DNA from: an uncultured Actinomycetes bacterium
GTDB lineage: Bacteria > Actinomycetota > Thermoleophilia > UBA2241
DNA length: 64,000 nucleotides
Direction: 5' to 3'
Assembly: GCA_963725665.1 (NCBI GenBank)
Contig: CAVRZA010000003.1
Location: forward strand, 224,001-288,000
Shown here: positions 31,093 to 41,185 of the stretch, piece after piece
How positions within the stretch are numbered: position 1 is the first letter of the stretch
Layout of the letters: each line of letters opens with the position of its first letter
Notes under the pieces: model-generated
The model's database searches: none
Told to the model about the DNA's origin: nothing
Seen by the model: the letters and a program-made list of their open reading frames with translations, nothing else
Position numbers and translations under genes: made by a program

Positions 31093-31170
31093 GCGCCGGC
31101 CGACGCGTCTGCGGATCCGGCCGGCCTGGGTATACTCTTTTAGTACGGCAACGAGCTTGGGACTTCGGAA

Positions 31171-33023
31171 GTGAATGCAGAGGTGTCACCTCCGCACGAC
31201 GCAGGGGACACCTCCGGTAACCCAGATCCCAGGCGGATCGCCCCATTCCTGTCTCACCACCCGCTTCTCGAGGGCCTTAGCCGTGACGATCGCGAGAGAA
31301 TGGCCGAGATGGTCGTCGTGCGTTGCGTGCCGGCGGGCGAGTCGGTCCTCGTCGAGGGCGGGCCGCCAGGTACGTATCTCTTCGTCGTCGTGGAAGGGTC
31401 GATGGAAGTCCTGGCCGGGGGCCTTGTCGTCGACGTGCTGACGAGTGGGGAGGTGTTCGGCGCCCCGACCCTGGTCACGGGTCTTGCCCCAGGGTTCTCG
31501 GTTCGCGCGCGCGAAGGCTCGACGTTGTATCTCGTCCCTCGAGAGGCGGCGATCGAGCTGCTCCTTCGCCCTGAGGGGGTCGCATTCGTGGTGGCGTCCT
31601 TGCGAGACCGGCTCGTTCACACCTCGCGGACGTTCAGATCGGTCGCCGACCCGCGGAGCGTTCCCGTTTCTTCTCTCATCCGTCGCGCGCCTGTCATCTG
31701 CCAGGCCGACACGCCCATTCGCGACGTGGCCATGATCATGAGCCAGGAGGTCGTAGCCGCTGTCCTCGTGGAGACCCGCCAGGGTCTCGGCATCGTCACC
31801 GACGCCGATCTGCGCGACAGAGTACTGGCCGCTGGATTGTCGGCGCATGCTCCGGTCGGCTCGATCACGACCACTCCGGTCCGCACCATCAGCGCCGAGC
31901 GCCTGGCGCCCGAGGCGAGCATCGAGATGATGCAAGCCGGCATCAACCATCTGGTCGTCATCGATGCCGCTGGTGGCGTGCTCGGCATCGTTTCGGCCGG
32001 CAGCCTGATGGCCCCCGATGCGCTGAGCCCCTTCGCTCTGCGCTGGTCGATCCTGGCTGCACGCAGCGTAGACGAGGTCGTCGAGGCGGCCATCCGTCTG
32101 CCAGAGGTGTTCGTCTCACTCACCGACCAGCACCTAGACGCCCCGACGATCTTGCGCGTGGTCACGCTGGTGGTCGACACGCTTACGCGCCGCTTGCTCG
32201 AACTCGCCGTCCGGCAGCTGGGACGGCCGTCTGTTCCCTACGCTTGGCTTGCTCTCGGCAGCGCCGCGCGCAGCGAGCTCACCCTCGTCTCCGACCAGGA
32301 CAACGCGCTGGCCTATGCCGACTCGGACGACCCCTCGGTCGACGCGTACTTCGAGCGACTGGGAGAGGCGGTTAACGATGGCGTGGCACGCTGCGGCTTT
32401 GCGGCCGATCAGTCGGGAGTGCTGGCTCGAGATCCGCACTGGCGCATGTCCCGGTCCGACTGGGTGCATGTCTTCCAGGAGTGCTACGACGTGTGGGACT
32501 GGGAGCACGCAGCGCGGGCCTGCGTGGCCTTCGACTTCCGCTGTATCGACGGCGATCTGGACATCGTGACCCCTCTGACCGAGGTCGTGCTGAGGGCTCC
32601 CGACCATCCCGCGCTGTTGAACCGGCTCGCCCGTTCGGTGGTCGATACACGTTCGCCCCTCGGCTTCCGCCAGCACTTGCCCGATCGGGTTGACATCAAG
32701 AGGAGCGCTCTGCTGCCAATCGAGAACATCGCGCGCTACTTCGCGCTTGCGAATCGGATCACCGTGCCGGCGACGTTGGATCGTCTCACCGCCGTGGAGG
32801 AGCTGGCCATTCTCGAGACCGAGATAGTGATCGCCCTGCAGGAGGCCTACCGCGCCATGGCTCACCTCCGGCTGCGCCACCATGCAGACGCCATCGAGAG
32901 GGGCGACGCGTTGACGACACCATTGACACGACTACGCTACAGCCGTTGGCACGCGTGGAAGTGCACGAGGCACTGCGGCTGATTGCGGCCGCCCAGAAAC
33001 GGGTGCCACTCTACGTGACGTGA
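31171..33023 (+). CDS. cNMP-binding + CBS pair + DUF294 nucleotidyltransferase-like protein, copy 1 (apparent frameshift near 32900)
   Basis: GEVFG, GIVTDADLR, ALGSAARSELTLVSDQDNAL, FDFR, DIK. Confidence 0.85.
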
Positions 33024-33167
33024 GGTCGAACGGCCCTCGCTGGCGGTCGGTGATGCATCCCTTGTCGCAAGTCCGGGCTCGAGGATGCCCGCGATGTGGC
33101 GAGGGGTCGACGCCAGGGTAGACTCAAGATCGCGGCGGCTCCGCGCGAGCGCCCTCCAGTAGCGGGA

Positions 33168-35058
33168 GTGAGTCATGGCCACAGAACGGCCAGCCGAACA
33201 GCGCGACGAGCGCATCGCCTTCTGCTCGACGACGTGCGGCGGATAGCGATCTTCCTGTCGCGAGTGCCTCCGTTCAACGGACTCAACCGGCGCGAGCGCG
33301 AGCGGATAGCCGCCTCGGTCGAGAAGTGGGAGCTGGCGCCGGGAAGCGTCCTCCTCGTCGAAGGCGGCCCGCCGGGCACCCGTCTGTTCGTCGTCTTCGA
33401 CGGTGTCCTCGAGCTGACGACCAGGGGACAGGTGATCGACGTCGTCACGAGTGGCGGTCAGTGGTGGGTCACCCGAGCTCTCGTCACCGGTCTCGCGCCC
33501 GAGTTGACGGTGCGGGCTCGCGACCAGGTCGTTCTTTACGCGATCCCTCGGACGATCGCCATCGACGTGCTCAGCCGCCCGCAGGGGGTCGCCTTCGTGA
33601 CCGGCACTCTGCGCGAGCGGCTCGTGCGCACGGCGCAAATGATCGAATCGGCTTCTGACCAGACGAGCGGCCCGTGTCGTCGCTCATCCGCCGCCCCCCG
33701 TGATCTGCAGCCCCGATACCCCGGTGCGCGAGGCGGCGCGAGATGATGAGCGCCCAAGTCGCAAGCGCCATTCTCGTCGAGACACGCGAGGGTCTCGGCA
33801 TCGTCTCCAACGCCGACTTGCGCGACAAGGTCGTCGCCCTCGGCGTCTCTCCCGACACTCCCGTCAGCTCGATCATGACGACGCCTGTGGTGACCGTACG
33901 CGGCGACCAGCTCGCGACGGAGGCCGGCATCGAGATGATGCGCGCGGGGATCAACCACCTGGTGGTCGTCGACGCGCGCGAACGTGTGCTCGGAGTCATA
34001 TCGGCTGCGAGCCTGATGAGTACGGATGCGCCAGCCCGCTGGTCTTGCGCTCGGCTATTACCGCGGCTCACGATGTGGAGGAGGTCGTTGAGGCGGCGAA
34101 GCTCATGCCACAGGTCTTCGTCTCACTCGTCGATGCGCGTCTCGATGCACCGAGCCGTCTCGCGCATCATCACTCTGCAGAGCGACTCGCTAACGCAACG
34201 TCTTGCTGGAACTCGCCATCGAACGTCACGGTCCGCCGCCTACGCCTTTCGCCTGGCTTGCCCTCGGCAGCGGAGGACGCGGTGAGCTGACGCTGGCCTC
34301 GGACCAGGACAACGCTTTGGCGTACGCGGACTCCGACGACCCGGAGGTCGACTCCTACTTCGAGGGTCTGGCCGCCGACGTCAACGGAGGCTTGGCTCGC
34401 TGCGGGTTCGAGCTCGACGTCTCCGGAGTGCTGGCGAGCGACCACCACTGGCGCATGTCGCGATCGGACTGGGTCAGGGTCTTCAGGGAGTGCTTTGAGG
34501 TCTGGGATCTCGAGCACACGCTGCGAGCCAGCGTTGCCTTTCGATTTTCGCCAGGTCGCCGGTGATCTCGACGTCGTCACTCCGCTCGTGGAGGTGCTTC
34601 TCGATGCGCCAGACCATCCTTCGCTCCTCAACAGGGTCGCGCGGACAGTGACCGACATCCGCTCGCCGCTCGGCTTTCGGCAGCGTCTGACGGGACCAGT
34701 CGATATCAAGAAGAGCGCGCTTCTGCCCATCGAGAACATGGCTCGCTACTTTGCGCTCGCCAACAGGGTGACCGTCTCTGCCACTCTCGACCGTCTCTCC
34801 GCCGTGCAGGAGCTGGGCGGTTTCGGGGCGACGACGGCTGCCGAGCTGCCCGAGGCATACCGGGCGGTGTGGAACCTGCGGCTGCGCCATCACGCCAATG
34901 CCGTTCGCGCCGGTCGTCGCATCGACGACGCCATCGACTCGACCCAGCTTCGCCCACTGACGTACGCGGAGCTGCAGGAGGCCCTGCGGGTCATCGCGTC
35001 GGCTCAGAAGCACGTGCCCGAGATCGTAATGCCGAGAGACATGGAGCGGATGGCGTAG
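33168..35058 (+). pseudogene. cNMP + CBS + DUF294 protein, copy 2, broken by several frameshifts (pseudogene or sequencing errors)
   Basis: Fragments at 33096, 33700, 33743, 34203 and 34495 align in order with copy 1. Confidence 0.6.
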
Positions 35059-35126
35059 CGCGCCCTTGCGAGCGTACGTGGGCCGCAGCTCGCATGTGGC
35101 GGCGTTTGTGATTCAGGTGACATAAT

Positions 35127-35378
35127 GGCTGCACTGAGTCGCGGACTCCGGTTTCCCGATCCGGGCTGGCGCCGGTCGGTGTCCACCTTGCAGGGTGGGA
35201 CGACGCTTAGCACGGCGGCGGGAGGCTCGTTAGGTGAAGGTGCCATCGACACGCCGGCAGAACGGCTCGACGCACTCGAGCTGACCGCGGGCACGGCCTC
35301 GGTCGGCCGCCGCCCCACCCACCTCCTTAGCGAACCAGTCACCCCGGGCTCTACTTACGCAACGGAGGTGTGACCTAA
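35127..35378 (+). promoter_or_regulatory. Structured mtbB leader with anti-SD and anti-anti-SD
   Basis: CACCTCC 35320-35326 is complementary to SD GGAGGTG 35364-35370; 35224-35242 can pair alternatively with 35320-35336; CATAAT at 35121. Confidence 0.5.
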
Positions 35379-36779
35379 GTGAGCAAGATACTGACCCGCA
35401 TGGGGGACGGCAGCTTCGTCGAGCTGACGCCCGACGAACTTCGTGCAGACATCGTCGCGGCTACCGAAGATGCGGCCGACAAGGGCAAGATCCCTCCCTT
35501 GCAGGACGACGAGATCGACAAGCTCGTCGAGATATTCTCCGCGCCGTGGCGCGTGATCGGGGTCGAGCCTGGTCACGAGGTTCCCCTCACCAAGGATGAG
35601 ACGGCGTGCACCCTTGTTTCATCGCAGCTGTCGAGTGGCGCTCACCTGCCGATCAGCCGTGAGGCGGCGGTCGAGATCTTCGAGCGCGTGTTCGCCTTCG
35701 ACACCATGGAGCTGGGCTGGATCGACTACTCCTTCAAACCGGCGAAGGCGATGGTCTCGCTCGACCAAGTGTCGATCGAGCGCCTGCTCGCTACGACGGT
35801 CTTCCCGGTTCTCTACGGCGCGATGCCCAACATGGGCCTCTACTACACGCCGGACGGGCCTTTTACGAACCCCGCCGATCTGCTCGGCATGATGAAGATC
35901 GCCGAGGCGCGCGAAGAAGAGATGAAGGCCGCCGAGATGTGCATGGAAGACATGATCTACATGTGCAAGCGCTTCGATGAGATCGGCGCCGACGGCATCG
36001 ACTTCGATACGACCGCATCGGCCGGCGACGCCGACTTCTGGGCGACGCTGAAGACCGTCGAAGAGCTCAAGAAGACGACCAAGCTGGGCATCGAGGTCGG
36101 CATGTCCGGCGAGTTCATCCTCGGCATGCACGGCGAGGTCGAGTACAACGGCAAGAAGCTCGCCGGCATGTTCCCGCACCAGCAGCTCAAGGTCGTGGAG
36201 GAGGCCGGCGCCGACATCTTCGGCCCGGTCGTCAACACCAAGACCAACAAGTCGGCGCCGTGGAACGTCGCTCGCGCCGTGACCTTCGTGAAGGAAGTCT
36301 GCAAGCAGGCCAAGATCCCGATCCACGCCAACGTGGGTATGGGCGTGGGCGGCACACCCATGTTCGAGACACCGCCGGTCGACGCCCTTAGTCGAGCCAG
36401 CGTGGCGATGGTCGAGATCGCCAAGGTCGACGGGTTGTAGGTTGGCGTGGGCGATCCCTTCGGGATGTCCGTAACTCACGCGATTGCCTCCGGCATGGGT
36501 GGCATTCGTACCGCTGGAGATCTGGTGGCGCGGATGCAGCTCAACTACCGGATGAGGCTCCCCGAGGCGAAGAAGTACGTCGCCGACAAGCTTCACGTGA
36601 GCACCTTCGACCTGTCGGATTCGACCGTCATGCGCAACCTGCGCGAGGAGCTCGATATCGGCTGCGTCGAAGCCATCCCCGGCCTCGCCAAGGGGCTGGC
36701 GGCGAAGGCTCGCATCGCCGATCTTCTCGATATCAAGATCGAGTGCGTCGAGAAGCTCAAAGCGAAGATGCCGGCCTGA
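35379..36779 (+). CDS. mtbB: Dimethylamine:corrinoid methyltransferase MtbB with pyrrolysine (TAG 36438-36440, codon 354)
   Basis: ORFs 35379..36440 and 36447..36779 are in frame; [27 protein letters not shown] matches the MtbB Pyl site; [17 protein letters not shown]. Confidence 0.93.
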
Positions 36780-36834
36780 CGCGCAAGGCGAGAGCCCCAG
36801 GGTTGACGCAATCCGATTGTTGGAGGTCACAGGC

Positions 36835-37479
36835 ATGGCAAACGAAGAGTTCTTCGCCGAGGCAAACGCGGCGATCAAGGCGTGCGACAAGGAGAAAGCC
36901 ATCGCTGCCGCCAAGCGCGGGCTGGCGGCGGGCATCCCGCCCGACGAGATGCTGAAGAAGGGCTTCGTCGTCGGCATCTCTGAGATGGGCGACCTTTTCG
37001 AGCGCGGCGAGGTTTTCCTTCCGGAGCTCGTCCTTGCGGCCGACGCCATGATGGGCGCCGCCGAGGTGTGCAACGCGGCGCTGCCCGAGGGCAAAGGCGA
37101 GAAGAAGGGCACCGTAGTCATCGGGACCGTTCAGGGAGACGTGCACGACATCGGCAAGACGATCGTCGTCGCGTTCCTGCGCGCGAACGGTTACGACGTT
37201 CACGACCTCGGCCGCGACGTCGCGGGCGCCAAGTTCATCGACAAGGCCGCCGAGGTCAACGCGGACGTCGTCGGCATGAGCGCTCTCCTGACGACCACCA
37301 TGCGCGAGCAGATCAGGGTGCTCGATGCAATGAAGACGGCCGGCGTGCGCGACAAGTACAAGGTCATCGTCGGCGGCGGCGCATCGACCCAGAAATGGGC
37401 CGACAAGATCGGCGCCGATGCTTACGCGGAGGACGCCAACGACGGCGTGAAGAAGATCAACGAGCTCACCGGCAACTGA
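36835..37479 (+). CDS. mtbC: Cognate corrinoid protein (MtbC-like)
   Basis: GTVQGDVHDIGK, SALLTTTM; follows mtbB. Confidence 0.88.
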   Translation: MANEEFFAEANAAIKACDKEKAIAAAKRGLAAGIPPDEMLKKGFVVGISEMGDLFERGEVFLPELVLAADAMMGAAEVCNAALPEGKGEKKGTVVIGTVQGDVHDIGKTIVVAFLRANGYDVHDLGRDVAGAKFIDKAAEVNADVVGMSALLTTTMREQIRVLDAMKTAGVRDKYKVIVGGGASTQKWADKIGADAYAEDANDGVKKINELTGN

Positions 37480-37633
37480 CCGGTCGGTCCGGTCGGATGA
37501 CGAGCGGCGCGGCCCGAGGCGAGAGTCTCGCCTCGGGCCGCGCCCGTGGACGGTGGGCAAGGCGCCATTTCGGGGACTGGAGGCGCAGGTCGGGTGCTGG
37601 AGGCTCGAGCGGTCGGTGGCCTGGAGATACGCG

Positions 37634-37662
37634 TTGTCCCTAGGCACTCCCTTCTGTACAGT
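37634..37662 (+). promoter_or_regulatory. Sigma70-like promoter for the second permease
   Basis: TTGTCC-N17-TACAGT. Confidence 0.5.
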
Positions 37663-37851
37663 TCCGCAAAGGAGAGCGCTCCAGGGGGTCGAAGGACATC
37701 GGCTGAGTGGCGATCGAGCGATCGACCGAGCGAGGGCTCGAGTGTCGAGGAAGGGAGATCATCCAGGACGAGTAGCGTGAGCTAGGCCGCTGACACACGG
37801 CCGTTACCAGCTGTTGGTGTAGTTGTGACATTCGACCAGGGGGAACAGCCA

Positions 37852-39501
37852 ATGGCAGAAGACCAAAGCTCCGAACGGTGGCAAACGTCGGATGTGACCG
37901 ACAAGTACCTCTCCGAATACTCGGACGAGTACAAGCAATCGCGTTTCAAGACCAACATGCGCCGCGACATCAGCTGGGTCGGCGCCTTCTTCGTCGCCGC
38001 CGGCGTGCCGGCGCTCATCTTGTTCTCGATGGGCGGCATCTCGGCCGGCACCGGGCCGGTGGCCGTGCTCGTGTGGACGCTCTCTGTGCTGGTCGGCTTC
38101 GTCGACGCCTTCATCTTCGCCGAGATCGCGGGGCTGCACCCGAAGAAGTCGGGCGGTACCGCCGTGCACGGCGCCACCGCCTGGATCCGCTACATCAGGC
38201 CGGCGGCTCCGATCTCGCTGTGGTGCAACTGGCTCGCCTGGACGCCGGTGCTGGCACTCGGCTCCGGTCTCTGTGCGGGGTACCTGCTGTCGGTCTTCTT
38301 CGCTCCAGACGCCACGATCAACACGTGGACGATCGACCTCGTCAATCTCAATTTTCTCAAGAGTGGGCTGGAGCTGCGCATCAACGCCGTGTTCATCCTC
38401 GGCGCGCTCATCATGCTCGCGGTCTGGAACATCCAGCACTACGGCATCCTGCGCACTGCGCGCGTGCAATTGGTGCTCACGATCGGGGCGATGACGCCGC
38501 TGCTGGTGCTGACCCTGGTCCCGCTGTTCACCGGCGATGTGGTGATGAGCAACTTCTCGCCCTTCGTGCCCGTCAACGGCTCGTGGAACATCGACGGCTG
38601 GACGGCGTTCCTGGGCTCCTTCTTCATCGCCGCCTGGTCGGCCTACGCCTTCGAGACGGCCATCTGCTACATGAGCGAGTTCAAGAACCCCGGGCGCGAC
38701 CAGGCCAAGGCCATCCTCTGGTCGGGTGTGTTCTGCATCTTCTGCTACACCTTGATCCCGTTCGTCTGGCAGGGCGTCCTGGGCACCGACTACATGCTCA
38801 AGCCCGAGATCTACTCGGGAGCCGGCGTTCCCGCGGGCTTCGCGGCCATGTTCAACTTCGGCGCTTGGTTCACGAAGTTCTGCGCCATTGCCATGTTCTT
38901 CACCGTGATGCTCTCGGTGATGACGGCCATGTCCGGCTCGTCCCGCACGCTGTTCCAGGGCGGCCAAGACGGCTGGCTGCCAAAGTACCTCTCGCACCTC
39001 AATGAGCACAAGGTGCCGACCTGGGCCATGTGGACCGACCTCGTCTTCAACCTCTTCCTGCTGCTGATGTCGGACTACGTCTTCGTGCTCGCCGTCTCCA
39101 ACTGCAACTACATGATCTTCAACTTCCTCAACCTCAACGCCGGCTGGATCCACCGCAAGGACAACTCCAGGGTTCCGCGGCCCTTCAAAGCTCCGATGCC
39201 GCTGTTCGTGCTGGGAACGAGCTTCGCCTACCTGAACATCTTTCTGTTCGGGGCCGGCGCGAACTTCTGGGGCGCGGGCACGTTCTGGATGGGATGGATC
39301 TCGGCCCTGATCGCACTGCCGGTCTTCTACTACCGGCACTACGTCACAGACAAGGGCAAGTTCCCGGTGCACATGTTCGACGACCTCATCCCTGAGGGAG
39401 AAACGGCGCTCGGACCGACCACGTGCGGTGTGCTGCCCTACGTCGCCATAGCCGGCGGCCTGGCGTGCATGACCATCGGCTACGTGATCTTCTGGGTCTG
39501 A
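37852..39501 (+). CDS. APC-family permease, MtbP-like (putative dimethylamine uptake)
   Basis: AGVPALIL, FAEIAGLHPKKSGG, WSAYAFE, RPFKAP; 12+ TMs; follows mtbBC. Confidence 0.85.
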   Translation: MAEDQSSERWQTSDVTDKYLSEYSDEYKQSRFKTNMRRDISWVGAFFVAAGVPALILFSMGGISAGTGPVAVLVWTLSVLVGFVDAFIFAEIAGLHPKKSGGTAVHGATAWIRYIRPAAPISLWCNWLAWTPVLALGSGLCAGYLLSVFFAPDATINTWTIDLVNLNFLKSGLELRINAVFILGALIMLAVWNIQHYGILRTARVQLVLTIGAMTPLLVLTLVPLFTGDVVMSNFSPFVPVNGSWNIDGWTAFLGSFFIAAWSAYAFETAICYMSEFKNPGRDQAKAILWSGVFCIFCYTLIPFVWQGVLGTDYMLKPEIYSGAGVPAGFAAMFNFGAWFTKFCAIAMFFTVMLSVMTAMSGSSRTLFQGGQDGWLPKYLSHLNEHKVPTWAMWTDLVFNLFLLLMSDYVFVLAVSNCNYMIFNFLNLNAGWIHRKDNSRVPRPFKAPMPLFVLGTSFAYLNIFLFGAGANFWGAGTFWMGWISALIALPVFYYRHYVTDKGKFPVHMFDDLIPEGETALGPTTCGVLPYVAIAGGLACMTIGYVIFWV

Positions 39502-39651
39502 GAGCCGCAATGTAGCGCGCCGGCCGTGCGGCCGTCGCCGGCCTGCGGAGCGGCCGGCGACGGTTGGGCTAGACGGCGCAACAAGAGGGGCCGCGGCGGA
39601 GGCGAAGAGCCTCCGCCGCGGCCCCCACGTCTTGGGGCGCCGTTTCGCGGC

Positions 39652-40092
39652 CTAGACGACGAGGACCGGGATCCCTCCCGCCTCGTGGAGCACCCTGGAC
39701 GTCGTCGAACCCAATTGGGTCCGTTCGCCCTCACGAGCGCCCGCGCCCTTGGCACCGACGACGATCATGTGGGCGCCGATATCTTGAGCTATGTTGACCA
39801 CCGCCACGTCGGGCCGGTCGGGGGTGCAGGCAGTCGCCACTGCGACCCCGGCCTCTCGGACTCGTCCCGCAGCCAGATCGAGCTCGGCTTCGATCTGTTT
39901 CGAGACCTCGTCCCACAGCTCCTCGACCCCCATCTCTGGGCCGCGGAACCCGATGGCCGGTGCGGGACGATCCTGCGCGCAGGCGATCGTGATCTGGCCG
40001 TCGGGCATCAACTTGGCGATCTCGACGGCGGTGTCGAGAGCTTTGATCGAGTTCGCAGAGCCGTCGTATCCAACAACGATGTTGTAGGCCAT
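39652..40092 (-). CDS. Universal stress protein
   Basis: IVVGYDGS, IVVGAKG, LGSTTSRVL, PVLVV. Confidence 0.9.
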   Translation of the reverse strand: MAYNIVVGYDGSANSIKALDTAVEIAKLMPDGQITIACAQDRPAPAIGFRGPEMGVEELWDEVSKQIEAELDLAAGRVREAGVAVATACTPDRPDVAVVNIAQDIGAHMIVVGAKGAGAREGERTQLGSTTSRVLHEAGGIPVLVV

Positions 40093-40224
40093 CCCGCTTC
40101 CCCCTTGGTCCCAGATGTATGCGCCAACCTATACCCGGCCCAGCCGTACGGCAATCGAAGGAAGGTCTCAACCTCCTCGGGCAGCATGAGTCGTCGTGGC
40201 CGTCAGCCCTGGCCGGGATGCAGG

Positions 40225-41028
40225 CTACTCCAAGAGCCCGGCGCGATGAGCCTTGAGGTAGTTGCCGCAGTAGGGGTCCTCGCCGCGCAGCGCCTCGGCG
40301 GCCTTGATGGTGGCCAGCATCTCCTTGTTGCGCACGTCGAGCACGGCGCCGTCGATGCCCAGGCCCATGCACATGGCGACGAAGGTGCGGTTGAGCAGGG
40401 GGCGGTTGGGCAGGCCGAAGCTGACGTTGGAGAGGCCGCCGATGGTGCGCACGGGGAGGCGCTCCTTGACCATCCTTAGGGTCTCCATGGTGATCACGCC
40501 GGCGCTGGAGTCGGCCGAGACGGTGAGCACCAAGGGATCGACCCAGAGCTCGGCGGCGGGCAGGCCGGCGGCGGTCACCAGCTCGTGCATCTTGGCCGCC
40601 ACGGCGAAGCGCTCGGCGGCCGTCGCGGGCACGCCCTCGTCGGAGAGGCAGAGGCCCACCACGGAGCAGCCGTGGGCCTTTATCATGGGCAGGGCGGCGT
40701 CGATGCGCTTCTGCTCGCCGCTGATGGAGTTGATGAAGGGCACCTGGCCACCGCCGGCGAGGGCCGCCTCGACGCCGGCCCGTAAGGCCTCGGGGCTGGC
40801 CGAGTCGACCATGAGGCGCCGCTGCGAGACGCTGCGCACCGTCTCGATGAGCCAGCGCATGTCGGCCACCTCGTCGCCGCCGGCCACGCCGGCGTTGACG
40901 TCGAGGACCGCGGCGCCCGCCTCGTCCTGCTCTCGCGCGAGGCCCTTGATGAACTCGGCGTCGCGCGCCGAGATGGCCTCGCCCACCTGCTTACGTGTAC
41001 CGTTGATCGATTCACCCACGAGCAGCAT
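40225..41028 (-). CDS. Methyl-corrinoid:tetrahydrofolate methyltransferase (AcsE/pterin-binding family)
   Basis: [35 protein letters not shown]; RBS GGAGG. Confidence 0.88.
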   Translation of the reverse strand: MLLVGESINGTRKQVGEAISARDAEFIKGLAREQDEAGAAVLDVNAGVAGGDEVADMRWLIETVRSVSQRRLMVDSASPEALRAGVEAALAGGGQVPFINSISGEQKRIDAALPMIKAHGCSVVGLCLSDEGVPATAAERFAVAAKMHELVTAAGLPAAELWVDPLVLTVSADSSAGVITMETLRMVKERLPVRTIGGLSNVSFGLPNRPLLNRTFVAMCMGLGIDGAVLDVRNKEMLATIKAAEALRGEDPYCGNYLKAHRAGLLE

Positions 41029-41122
41029 CTTCCAGGACCTCCACGTACGAAGCCGGTGTGTGAGAGCTGATTCTAACCCTCGCGGCGACCGAGACAACCG
41101 GTTGGCCGCCTCAGTGGGCCTT

Positions 41123-41151
41123 TTGCGCCCGTTGGGCAAGTCTGCTACAGT
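41123..41151 (+). promoter_or_regulatory. Sigma70-like promoter of rplS
   Basis: TTGCGC-N17-TACAGT with extended TG. Confidence 0.55.
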
Positions 41152-41185
41152 ATCCGCCGCGTTTCGTCCCGAGAGAGGCCCTCAC

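Larger units (their letters stand above)
19149..41100. other. Accessory methylamine-utilisation island interrupting the usual trmD-rplS adjacency
   Basis: 22 accessory genes between trmD and rplS; no integrase, transposase or flanking direct repeat recognised. Confidence 0.7.

Noticed and set aside
35183-35242. T-box (AGGGTGGGACGACG) or M-box (CGTTAGGTGA) in the mtbB leader
   Set aside because: Only short matches; no specifier stem with UAG, UGGG would not pair with a G73 discriminator, and the rest of the M-box is absent
19149-41100. pylT (tRNA-Pyl) or pylSBCD in the island
   Set aside because: No CTCTAAA-type anticodon arm or Pyl enzyme motifs found by eye; a covariance-model search is still needed
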